In this document: positions 18,613 to 27,283 of the stretch, piece by piece
Layout of the letters: each line of letters opens with the position of its first letter
Numbering within the stretch: the stretch's first letter is position 1
Assembly: GCA_964484565.1 (NCBI GenBank)
Contig: CAZAGG010000003.1
Coordinates: 7,169-71,168 of the forward strand
Length of the DNA stretch: 64,000 nucleotides
DNA from: an uncultured Rickettsiales bacterium
Lineage (GTDB): Bacteria > Pseudomonadota > Alphaproteobacteria > Rickettsiales > CAZAGG01
Direction of reading: 5' to 3'
Notes under the pieces: generated by a model
Told to the model about the DNA's origin: nothing
Databases searched by the model: none
Seen by the model: the letters and a program-made list of their open reading frames with translations, nothing else
Position numbers and translations under genes: made by a program

Positions 18613-19893
18613 ATGCCCCCAGATTTATTATTTTATATATCTACTGTATTTATATTTCTAGTTTTTGCAGCATTCTTTTCTGCAGCAGAGACTGCAATAA
18701 CGAGCGTTAGTAGAGCCAGAATTCACAAACTGGAAACTGAAGGACACAAAAGAGCCAAAATCGTTACTGAGCTTAGAAAAAATCAAGATGGTTTGCTCGG
18801 CACTATTCTTCTAAGTAATAACTTACTTGGCGTTGGAGCAACAGCCTTAACCACAAGTTTGCTAATTAGCATATTTGGAGAAGAAGGCATTCTTTACGCC
18901 ACGATGATTATGTCGGTTATGATTTTTGTATTCACGGAAGTTTTACCAAAAACCTATGCCTTTCAGAATGCGGAAAGAACCGCAATGTTTATTGCTCCGA
19001 TTATCAAACCTTTAGTTAAGTTATTTGCCCCAATCAATTTTGCTGTAAGCTCACTTGCAAGGCTTGGAATCAGGCTATTAATGCTAAACAAAAAAGGAAC
19101 TGAAATAATCAGCCCCACCGATGCCCTTAGAGGTGCTATCGACCTACACCACGCCGAAGGAAGTGTAGAAAAAGGCGACAAGGAAATGCTAGGCAGCATC
19201 TTAGATCTCGTCGAACTTGAGGTATCAGAGATAATGGTTCATCGCCGAAATATGCTGACCTTTAATATAGATGATGATCCTGAAAAATTGGTTATGGAGA
19301 TTCTCGCAAATTCTCACTCCAGAATCCCACTATGGAGAGATAATCCAGACAATATTATAGGTGTTATTCATGTAAAAGACTTAGCCCGCTATTCCAATGA
19401 TTTAAAAGGTGATTATGGCAAGTTAGATTTAATGAGAATCGCCGATGAGCCATGGTTTATTCCAGAAAATACTACATTGAGGGTTCAGCTTCATGCTTTT
19501 CGTGAGAAGAAAAAACACTTGGCTTTAGTTGTTGATGAATATGGCGCACTTAAGGGACTTTTAACCTTAGAAGATATTTTAGAGGAAATCGTTGGCCAAA
19601 TAGACGATGAACACGATGTTGCAGGCTTAAAAGTAAGAAAAATTCGTGATAATTCATATTTAATAGATGCATCTATATCAATACGTGATCTTAACCGACA
19701 GCTAGATTGGAACTTACCAGATGAAAATGCAGCAACTCTTGCAGGTCTTGTAATATATCAAGCAGGTAATATTCCAGAGGCAGGGCAAGAGGTAATGTTT
19801 GAGAATTTCGCATTCAAAGTCATGCGAAGAAGCGGAAATAGGATTTTAAGCATCCTCGCGAATGAGAACATTAATGCAAAATCAGAACAATAA
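18613..19893 (+). CDS. hemolysin-family / CNNM-type protein (DUF21, CBS pair, CorC_HlyC)
   Basis: 426 aa. N-terminal four-TM DUF21, a CBS region and a C-terminal transporter-associated domain. Confidence 0.85.
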   Translation: MPPDLLFYISTVFIFLVFAAFFSAAETAITSVSRARIHKLETEGHKRAKIVTELRKNQDGLLGTILLSNNLLGVGATALTTSLLISIFGEEGILYATMIMSVMIFVFTEVLPKTYAFQNAERTAMFIAPIIKPLVKLFAPINFAVSSLARLGIRLLMLNKKGTEIISPTDALRGAIDLHHAEGSVEKGDKEMLGSILDLVELEVSEIMVHRRNMLTFNIDDDPEKLVMEILANSHSRIPLWRDNPDNIIGVIHVKDLARYSNDLKGDYGKLDLMRIADEPWFIPENTTLRVQLHAFREKKKHLALVVDEYGALKGLLTLEDILEEIVGQIDDEHDVAGLKVRKIRDNSYLIDASISIRDLNRQLDWNLPDENAATLAGLVIYQAGNIPEAGQEVMFENFAFKVMRRSGNRILSILANENINAKSEQ

Positions 19894-20071
19894 TGAAGGT
19901 TTTATTGTTGAGGTTATTTCAATAGGCCATTACTCAAAAGTAACTGCAATAGACGAAAAAACGGGCGAAGAAGCAACCTGCATAGGGGCCGCAAATCAAA
20001 CCAGCATCGAACTTCTAAAATCAATGGCTATCAAAAAACTCAAAAATAAACTTAACAAACTGCCTAAGTAA
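19862..20071 (+). CDS. small hypothetical protein
   Basis: 69-aa ORF that overlaps the preceding gene by 32 nt. No family assigned. Confidence 0.4.
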   Translation: MRTLMQNQNNNEGFIVEVISIGHYSKVTAIDEKTGEEATCIGAANQTSIELLKSMAIKKLKNKLNKLPK

Positions 20072-20096
20072 ATATAGACTGCAATTATACTTCAAA

Positions 20097-20172
20097 GCCG
20101 TTGTAGCTCAATTGGTAGAGCACGTCATTCGTAATGATGGGGTAGCAGGTTCGATTCCTGTCAACGGCACCA
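20097..20172 (+). tRNA. tRNA-Thr (anticodon CGU)
   Basis: Hand-folded cloverleaf. Acceptor stem GCCGTTG/CAACGGC, D-arm GCTC..GAGC, anticodon stem CGTCA/TGATG with loop TTCGTAA, T-arm GCAGG-TTCGATT-CCTGT, and an encoded CCA. Confidence 0.9.
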
Positions 20173-20276
20173 TTTCCCTCAAAAATCACTGCTATAGCCG
20201 TTAGTGATTCAGTTTGCGTATAAAACGTAGGGCTTTAATAATTGATTTATAGCTATAGCACACAGTAAAAGGTAAA

Positions 20277-21422
20277 TCACAAACTTATGCCATTCTCTCT
20301 AGCTCTGTCACGCGCTGCGGCGAGTATAACTTCGGTTGCCTCATCTAGGGTATAGTTATCTCCAAGAGAGGCAAGAATAGAGTTGATTTGCTCTAGCTCA
20401 TCAATTGAAATTCCCGCATCACGATCAGATCTTGCATAAATCTCAATAGCATCAAAATATTCACTAGACAATACATTGCCAAACTCAACATCTTTATTCG
20501 CATTGAATCTATCTAAAATATGTCCAGATTGAACTAAATTGTAATCATTCTGATAAATGTAGTTTATGAGTTGTTTATAAGAAAAATTAACACCCGTATC
20601 ATTTTGTATGTCATTTACTAAATCATTAATTGCATTTTTCTCAGCCTCACTAAAGCCTATTTCTCCATCCATTGATGCCCAAAATCTTGCCGCATCGTAT
20701 AGCTCCCTTCTATTCTCATTAACTTGTGTAAGTGTTACGCCAGCAGTATTAGTTAATGCTGTACTGTTAAGTCTATGAATTGATGTAAAATCTTTATCTA
20801 TATCCTCGATACTTTTATTTGGGTTTTGAATATTAATAAAATCAACAACTTGATCTCTGGTTATTGATGAAAGATCATTAAACCCATTAACTCCTATGAA
20901 ATTAAGCTCTACTCCATTTAAAATTAAAACCGCTGCATAATTTATTTGCTCACGAAGAACATCATCTGCATCTTCATATCTGACGCCAAAGTAGCTCTGT
21001 GCAGCTATATATGCATCGCTTGCGGATTGATCAAAAGTATTTGGCAAAACCATTCCTGTAAGATTACTCTGCGCAACTGGTTCTGGCGGGACAAATATAT
21101 GCGAATACCAATTATCACCTAGATTATTTGGAATACCAGAAGCCCAGCCAATAGGGCTTTCATAAATCTGATCCATCATACGATTGACCATGTTATGAGT
21201 TATTCGGGTAGAAGACTCCAAATACCCTTCTAATTCTAAATCGATAGAATTAATAAAATTATTAGCAATTGCGTTTATTTGCTCATCTGATAGACCCAAA
21301 CCCATTACGTCATTATTTAATGACAAGAGCCTAACGATCTCATTTTCTACAGCTTGTGCATTGTAAAAATCTGTAGTGCAAGTTGCATGAGGTATACAAG
21401 TTCCTGAAACTCCACTAGGCAT
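20277..21422 (-). CDS. hypothetical protein (381 aa acidic orphan)
   Basis: Long ORF, convergent with the tRNA. No signal peptide and no recognisable domain. Confidence 0.65.
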   Translation of the reverse strand: MPSGVSGTCIPHATCTTDFYNAQAVENEIVRLLSLNNDVMGLGLSDEQINAIANNFINSIDLELEGYLESSTRITHNMVNRMMDQIYESPIGWASGIPNNLGDNWYSHIFVPPEPVAQSNLTGMVLPNTFDQSASDAYIAAQSYFGVRYEDADDVLREQINYAAVLILNGVELNFIGVNGFNDLSSITRDQVVDFINIQNPNKSIEDIDKDFTSIHRLNSTALTNTAGVTLTQVNENRRELYDAARFWASMDGEIGFSEAEKNAINDLVNDIQNDTGVNFSYKQLINYIYQNDYNLVQSGHILDRFNANKDVEFGNVLSSEYFDAIEIYARSDRDAGISIDELEQINSILASLGDNYTLDEATEVILAAARDRARENGISL

Positions 21423-21503
21423 TAATTACATTCCTATCAGTAACATTACCAATAGGTTAATTGTATCAGGAATTAGTTAATAAATCACTATATATTTATT
21501 ACC

Positions 21504-22427
21504 TTACATTAACCTTATTAATTGTTGCGCGCTTTTGAACGCGCCCTCTATGCCTCCATCTTCACACCAGTCGCCAATTAAAGCTAGGTTTTGATTATTT
21601 GACAGGTAACATCCAGCTTTTAGAGGGTTTTTCGCCTCTGAGTAAAGCCAGCGGTGAATTGCTGAGAATCCTATATCATCTTGGTTGAAGCCAACTTTTT
21701 TCTCTGCTTCAGAAATCATTTGCTTAAGCAAAACCTCTTGCTCAACATCAACATTATCTTTTGCCCATTCATTACCTGAATGTATGATGATGGTAGATCT
21801 AAACTGGTCGCGCTTAGGCTTTTTATGCCCCAAAACTATTTTGGCCGCAGCACCATCTTTCTGGGTTAAAACATCATAATCACGCGAAACATCTGAATTA
21901 AAAGACAACATAGCCGCAAAAGATGAAATCATTTCAACGCGACTTGCAAATTCTTTTGCTTTGTCATCAACACCATCAACGAGCTTAACCGCCTGAGCTG
22001 GGGGAGTTGAAAGAGCCACAAAATCATATTCTCTAAGAAGTTCAGAGGCATTTTCTACCTTGCTATTATATCTAACATCAAGACCATTTGAAATATATTT
22101 GCAGATCGCATTCATGCTAGGAGTTGCAATATATTTCTCTGAATCATCAGTAACTTCACCACTAATTACAGGATTCCAGTTAGTTATGATTCCATTAGAC
22201 TTCCACTTTTCAACTTCTCTAGCAAATGAATCGTCTGTGACGCTGAAATATTGAGCACCATGATCGAAGCTGCCAAAGTCTGTTCTTCTGGTTGAGGTTC
22301 TACCCCCTGGGCCACGACTTTTTTCGAATACTGTTACGTCAAATCCTTTTTCTTTTAATGCGTTTGCTAGAGTTAATCCTGCTATTCCTGCTCCAATTAC
22401 TGCTGCTTTTTTCAAGGTATCATCCAT
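21504..22427 (-). CDS. NAD(P)/FAD-dependent oxidoreductase (renalase/amine-oxidase-like)
   Basis: 307 aa with the dinucleotide-binding N-terminus AVIGAGIAGLTLANAL...FEKSRGPGGR. Confidence 0.8.
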   Translation of the reverse strand: MDDTLKKAAVIGAGIAGLTLANALKEKGFDVTVFEKSRGPGGRTSTRRTDFGSFDHGAQYFSVTDDSFAREVEKWKSNGIITNWNPVISGEVTDDSEKYIATPSMNAICKYISNGLDVRYNSKVENASELLREYDFVALSTPPAQAVKLVDGVDDKAKEFASRVEMISSFAAMLSFNSDVSRDYDVLTQKDGAAAKIVLGHKKPKRDQFRSTIIIHSGNEWAKDNVDVEQEVLLKQMISEAEKKVGFNQDDIGFSAIHRWLYSEAKNPLKAGCYLSNNQNLALIGDWCEDGGIEGAFKSAQQLIRLM

Positions 22428-23020
22428 TTAAAGTTAATATCATTATTATTATTCCATTCGATTAACGCCCTCAAATGCCCACTTGCAGCGAGGTTTAGAT
22501 AATCAATGCTTGTTATCTTACATGTTACAACACAAAAGTTTTCATAACCCTTAACACTTTCCTCTTTTGTTGGATTACGTTTGTGAAAAACTTCAGGCAA
22601 TGAATCAGTAGCTATATCACTATATGTGCTTGGTGCTTTTTCAATCAGATAGCATTTTCTGCTAAAAAGTCTCGTTGCATCCCACTGTTTTTCTGCAATA
22701 TCGTTCTTATGATTAACTTGGGCTAAAGCCCTTATTCTAAGCTGGATATTAGTTTCTAGATTATAAAAAAGCAGGGTTAATTTTGGATTGTTTCTTATAC
22801 AATCTATTTTTGCACTTCTGTAATCGGTGTGGAAATATATCTCTCTAGTTTTCTCAATAAATTTGCGGTTTACAACCATTCTTACATCTGCATTTCCATC
22901 TTTATCAAGCGATGCCACACTCATTAGATGATATGGATGATTTCTGTCATCCACACCAGTTGCAAGCGATTCATATATATACTTAACTAGCGCATCTGAC
23001 TCTAATAACTCAAGCCTCAT
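22412..23020 (-). CDS. pyridoxamine 5'-phosphate oxidase-like FMN-binding protein
   Basis: 202 aa. The pattern RMVVNRKF...IYFHTDYRSAKIDCIRNNPKLTLLFY...QLRIRA matches the PNPOx split-barrel fold. Confidence 0.65.
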   Translation of the reverse strand: MRLELLESDALVKYIYESLATGVDDRNHPYHLMSVASLDKDGNADVRMVVNRKFIEKTREIYFHTDYRSAKIDCIRNNPKLTLLFYNLETNIQLRIRALAQVNHKNDIAEKQWDATRLFSRKCYLIEKAPSTYSDIATDSLPEVFHKRNPTKEESVKGYENFCVVTCKITSIDYLNLAASGHLRALIEWNNNNDINFKWMIP

Positions 23021-24306
23021 ACTCCCCTTCCTTTGTCGATTCCTTCATTGGCTGCGGCTGCGTTTTGGAACTTAAAATTACCTGCAAGTTCAAGAGCCCT
23101 TTCATAAGAAGCACTAACTGACACGGCTTCATCTGCAACTTGAGTTAGATTGAAATCAGTATTCCTAAAACCAGCATTTACCAAGCCTTCGCGCACCGCC
23201 TGAACAGCCTGCTCAACCGAACGCGGAACTTGAACATCGAAGGCCACAACTTTTTCTGGAATTGTTTGAATAACTTGCTCTGATGCAGGAAAATTTACAT
23301 TTTTAATCTCTGCCTTTATTAATTCTGCCCCCTGTTGAGGATTTTGGGTTTGAGCAACTTCAGTTTGCAATGTACGATTAATAATATCCTGAACTTGTCT
23401 TTCGAGAAAGGCAACTATCATCGCTTCTTCTTTCGCATCTTTGAATGCAGTAATACGCTGAATAAACTCTTCGGGACGCGCCTGAATAGCTGCGATTTCT
23501 GTTGCACTGAGATTTAAATCTGCAAGCTGGGCTTTTATTTCACTCAACTTAACTGATTTATCGCTAACTTCACGAAGCGCGGCAATCACTTTTAGAGTAG
23601 CAGGATTATTAATTATTGACTGAATTTGCGATGCGCTTAACTCTAACGAACTCAAGTAACGGATTAAATCAACAACCCTATCATCAAGCTCATCTTGTTC
23701 TTGCTCCCATGAAGAATAGGCATTGCCTTGCTCTCCTGATTTATATTTATAGCCCTGATTTTGAACTCCCCTTAGGGCATCTTCTCTTATCTGCTCCGCA
23801 TCTGGCCTGCTGCCTGTAAATGCTCCTTCATTATAATCATTGCCTCCACCACCAAAAGCTGAGGAAGAAGACTTCTGTGCATCACTCTCATAAAACCCTC
23901 GCTGCATTATATTCTCTGCTAAGTAATACATTAGGTCTTTTCGAGCGTAAGCTGCTTTCGTTGATGATTCTCTTATCTGAATTATTGGCCTACCATTATT
24001 GCTGAACATTAGCCAAAGCGGCATCCAGAAAGGAATTACACCTTCTTCTAATGCAATTTTATAGCCCAGTTTCTCAAACCCTAAAACCGATGAGTTACCA
24101 CCCATCTTGATTATACTAGAACGATTTAGACGGCTAAAATCAGATGGCTGAATATGGTAATATTCAGTTTTCCAGTTTCTGAGCTGAGTAATCTCATCTG
24201 CGCGAAGGCATTCATGGATTATCTTCGCAAGAATTCTTCTATGCTCGAATGGAATCTTATCTAAGGTTTTTAATCTCATACTATTCTCTGTTGAATATAC
24301 TAACAC
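23017..24306 (-). CDS. hypothetical protein (about 420 aa orphan)
   Basis: Long ORF with a 4-nt overlap onto the PNPOx-like gene. The track start is a GTG; the ATG at 24279 (MRLKTLDK...) is more plausible. Confidence 0.65.
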   Translation of the reverse strand: MLVYSTENSMRLKTLDKIPFEHRRILAKIIHECLRADEITQLRNWKTEYYHIQPSDFSRLNRSSIIKMGGNSSVLGFEKLGYKIALEEGVIPFWMPLWLMFSNNGRPIIQIRESSTKAAYARKDLMYYLAENIMQRGFYESDAQKSSSSAFGGGGNDYNEGAFTGSRPDAEQIREDALRGVQNQGYKYKSGEQGNAYSSWEQEQDELDDRVVDLIRYLSSLELSASQIQSIINNPATLKVIAALREVSDKSVKLSEIKAQLADLNLSATEIAAIQARPEEFIQRITAFKDAKEEAMIVAFLERQVQDIINRTLQTEVAQTQNPQQGAELIKAEIKNVNFPASEQVIQTIPEKVVAFDVQVPRSVEQAVQAVREGLVNAGFRNTDFNLTQVADEAVSVSASYERALELAGNFKFQNAAAANEGIDKGRGV

Positions 24307-24310
24307 ATAA

Positions 24311-24322
24311 AGATTGCAATCT
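24311..24322. promoter_or_regulatory. 12-bp perfect palindrome AGATTGCAATCT in a divergent intergenic region
   Basis: Read directly from the sequence. It lies between the orphan operon on the minus strand and bfr. Confidence 0.25.
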
Positions 24323-24372
24323 AAATATTATTGTTGAAGAATCACAGCGCAATTTTAAGGGAGGCATATGGC

Positions 24373-24837
24373 ATGAAAGAAGTCAAAGAAACCATCAAGC
24401 ATTTAAATAAAATTCTAAGAAATGAGCTAACTGCAATTAATCAATATTTTCTCCATTCTCGCATGTTTGGACATATGGGCTATAAAAAACTCGAAGCTAA
24501 AGAATATGAAGAATCAATCGACGAAATGAAACATGCCGATGAGATTGTAAAAAGAATCCTATTTCTTGAGGGAATTCCTAACTTGCAAGATATTGGCAAA
24601 ATAAGAATAGGTGAAAATCCTCAAGAAATGCTTGAATGCGACCTCGCCATAGAAAATATCGCAATTCCAGACCTAAGAGAAGCAATAGCATTTATGGAAG
24701 GAATCAAAGACTTTGCCAGCGCAGATTTATTGCATAGAATTTTAGAGTCAGAAGAACAGCATGTTGATTGGCTCTCAACACAGCTTAGACTAATTAAGGA
24801 ACTAGGCGTAAGCGGTTACCTTCAAACACAGATATAG
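24373..24837 (+). CDS. bfr: bacterioferritin
   Basis: [22 protein letters not shown]...EEQHVDWL. The ATG at 24373 is preceded by GGGAGG. The track ORF begins upstream at 24331. Confidence 0.9.
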   Translation: MKEVKETIKHLNKILRNELTAINQYFLHSRMFGHMGYKKLEAKEYEESIDEMKHADEIVKRILFLEGIPNLQDIGKIRIGENPQEMLECDLAIENIAIPDLREAIAFMEGIKDFASADLLHRILESEEQHVDWLSTQLRLIKELGVSGYLQTQI

Positions 24838-24851
24838 ATATAACTATAAAC

Positions 24852-26261
24852 ATGCAGGAAGAGCAGAAAGATACACCCTTAAATCAGCCAGATACAAAGG
24901 AGATGGAATATACCATTACGCCTTCGTTCTTAAAAGAGGTGCGCTCTGTTCTTGATAAAGAAGAAGAATTTGACGCCAAAAACACAGCTCTTCTTGAGAT
25001 TATTTTTCCTCTTCACCCTGCTGATTTTGCCGAACTTCTTGCCCTGCTGGATTATGAGGAAAGAAAAGAAATTCTGTTAATTTTAGGCGCAGAATTTGAT
25101 GCAGAAACCTTAACCTATCTTGACACAACGCTTCGCGAAGAAATTCTAGAAATCATCGGCGCAAAACAAACAGCAGAAGCAATAAACCTGCTTGAGAGCG
25201 ATGATGCAATTGAGGTTATTCAAGACTTTGATCATGAAGATAGGCAGGAAATTCTAGAAGCAATACCCGAAGAACGCAGGGCAGAAATAGTTGAACGCCT
25301 TAACTATCCAGAGCACAGTGCTGGAAGGCTAATGAACCGCAATGCTGTTGCCGTTCCTGAATTTTGGAATGTTGGTGATGTAATAGATTTTTTACGAAAA
25401 GAGGAAAATCTTCCCGAAGATTTTTACGAAATATTTGTTGTTAATCCTAAGTTTAATCCGATTGGTGGAATAGTTCTTAGCAGAGTAATGATCAGCCAAC
25501 GCTCAACTCTGGTTAAAGATATAATGAAGCTCGATATTCATCAGATCCCCACCGATATGGATCAAGAGGATGTGGGCTATATTTTTAGAAAATACGGCCT
25601 TGTTTCAGCACCTGTAGTTAGTGATACAAACCGCTTGGTTGGAGTCATTACAGTAGATGACATAGTGCACGTTATTCAGGAAGAAGCCCAAGAAGATCTT
25701 ATGAAAATGGGGGGTGTTCATGAGGCAGACCTTAACTCTGACGTTATTAAAACAGTTGGAAAGCGATTTCCTTGGCTGTTTGTTAATTTACTGACCGCTT
25801 TCACAACATCTTTGTTTATTGGCCTGTTTGAAGGACAGATTGAAAAGCTCGTCGCACTTGCAGTATTAATGCCCATAGTCGCATCAATGGGCGGAAATGC
25901 AGGAACTCAGTCAATGACAGTGGCAATCAGAGCACTTGCCACAAAACAGCTTAACGAATCAAATATCACTAAACTTTTAGGCAGAGAAGTCACATCTTGC
26001 TTTTTAAATGGACTTTTATTCGGATCAATCACAGGAATTGCAGTATTCCTGCGCTACCAAGATATTCATTTAAGTCTTGTTTTTGCAAGTGCACTTACCA
26101 TAAACTTTACTATTGCAGGAACTATCGGATCACTAATTCCATATAGCTTATATAAGCTAAAGGCCGACCCTGCAATATCTTCGGGCGTATTCTTAACCGC
26201 CCTCACCGATATTGGTGGCTTTATAATCTTCTTAACTCTCGCTGCAATATTCTTGCTATAA
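24852..26261 (+). CDS. mgtE: magnesium transporter MgtE
   Basis: 469 aa with the MgtE N-domain, a CBS pair and a five-TM C-terminal region (PIVASMGGNAGTQS). Confidence 0.92.
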   Translation: MQEEQKDTPLNQPDTKEMEYTITPSFLKEVRSVLDKEEEFDAKNTALLEIIFPLHPADFAELLALLDYEERKEILLILGAEFDAETLTYLDTTLREEILEIIGAKQTAEAINLLESDDAIEVIQDFDHEDRQEILEAIPEERRAEIVERLNYPEHSAGRLMNRNAVAVPEFWNVGDVIDFLRKEENLPEDFYEIFVVNPKFNPIGGIVLSRVMISQRSTLVKDIMKLDIHQIPTDMDQEDVGYIFRKYGLVSAPVVSDTNRLVGVITVDDIVHVIQEEAQEDLMKMGGVHEADLNSDVIKTVGKRFPWLFVNLLTAFTTSLFIGLFEGQIEKLVALAVLMPIVASMGGNAGTQSMTVAIRALATKQLNESNITKLLGREVTSCFLNGLLFGSITGIAVFLRYQDIHLSLVFASALTINFTIAGTIGSLIPYSLYKLKADPAISSGVFLTALTDIGGFIIFLTLAAIFLL

Positions 26262-27260
26262 CTAGCTCACGCGCATTAGGCAGAATGCGACAGCATCTTG
26301 AAGTGACTTTAGTTCTTCAGATTCTGGGAATGCAGAGAGTGATTTTAAGGCAATCTCAGCATGCTTTTTGGCAACATCAATTGAATGTTTAAGCGCACCA
26401 GAAGAATCGACCAGATATATAGCTGTTTTTAAGTCATCTTCGTTTTGCTCGTGAAGCTCCATTGTGCGCTTCCAGAATCTCCTTTCGCTATCGTCACTAG
26501 CACTTGCATAGGCAAGAATAACTGGCAGTGTGACCTTGCCTTCTCTAAAATCATCCCCCACGACTTTGCCAAGCTCTTCTTGATTCGCGCTATAATCTAA
26601 AACATCATCAACTATCTGGAAGGCTATTCCAAGATTATATCCAAAGTCGCGCATTTGTCCGCGAAGCTCTGGCTTATTTGCAGCAATTGCCCCAAGCTCT
26701 GTTGCTGCTTTAAAAAGCTCGGCTGTTTTCGCACCTATCACGCTCATGTAATCATCGACGTTTGTTTCAAGATTCTTGGTGGTTGCAAGTTGCATAACTT
26801 CACCTTCAACTATCACAACTGATGCTTCTGACAATACATCCATCAAATCTTTACAGCCATATTCAACTGTGAGCCTGAAAGTACGCGATAAGAGGTAATC
26901 TCCGACCAGAACACTTGCTTTATTACCCCATATTGAATTTGCGGTTTGATTGCCTCTTCTTAGTTCGCTTTCATCAACCACATCATCATGAAGAAGGGTT
27001 GCGGTGTGAATCAACTCAATACATGTTGCATGAGTTACTGCTGCTCCTTCACCTCCTCCACAAAGGTTTGCACAGGCGATTGTAAGCATTGGTCTGATGC
27101 GTTTACCTCCAAGTGATAAAAGATGCTGAGATACTAACGGCACAAGTTCTGCATGGCTCTTCGTAAGATCAAGAATCTTATGATTAACCCCCTGCATATC
27201 TTTTTCAGCTACTTTCTTAAGCAGGTCTAAATTTGTTGTTTTTATAGTTTGGTTTGACAC
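26262..27260 (-). CDS. ispB: polyprenyl (octaprenyl-type) diphosphate synthase
   Basis: 332 aa with the two aspartate-rich motifs LLHDDVVD and DDVLD. Confidence 0.88.
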   Translation of the reverse strand: MSNQTIKTTNLDLLKKVAEKDMQGVNHKILDLTKSHAELVPLVSQHLLSLGGKRIRPMLTIACANLCGGGEGAAVTHATCIELIHTATLLHDDVVDESELRRGNQTANSIWGNKASVLVGDYLLSRTFRLTVEYGCKDLMDVLSEASVVIVEGEVMQLATTKNLETNVDDYMSVIGAKTAELFKAATELGAIAANKPELRGQMRDFGYNLGIAFQIVDDVLDYSANQEELGKVVGDDFREGKVTLPVILAYASASDDSERRFWKRTMELHEQNEDDLKTAIYLVDSSGALKHSIDVAKKHAEIALKSLSAFPESEELKSLQDAVAFCLMRVS

Positions 27261-27283
27261 GTTCAGTTTGATATATTCTTTTA

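Noticed and set aside
20173-20276. Possible att site or island boundary and a tRNA terminator hairpin (AATCACT-N12-AGTGATT) after tRNA-Thr
   Set aside because: The stem is short and is not followed by a T-tract. I found no repeat of the tRNA 3' end further along in the window.
20277-24306. A shared short motif of the type [LI]-S-x-x-[EQ]-I-x-x-I in the 381-aa, about 420-aa and 510-aa orphans (for example LSDEQINAI, LSATEIAAIQ, ISEEAIKTIQ), which might suggest a common effector family
   Set aside because: This is a generic helix N-cap pattern that is frequent in unrelated proteins. I saw no extended collinear similarity between the three proteins by eye.
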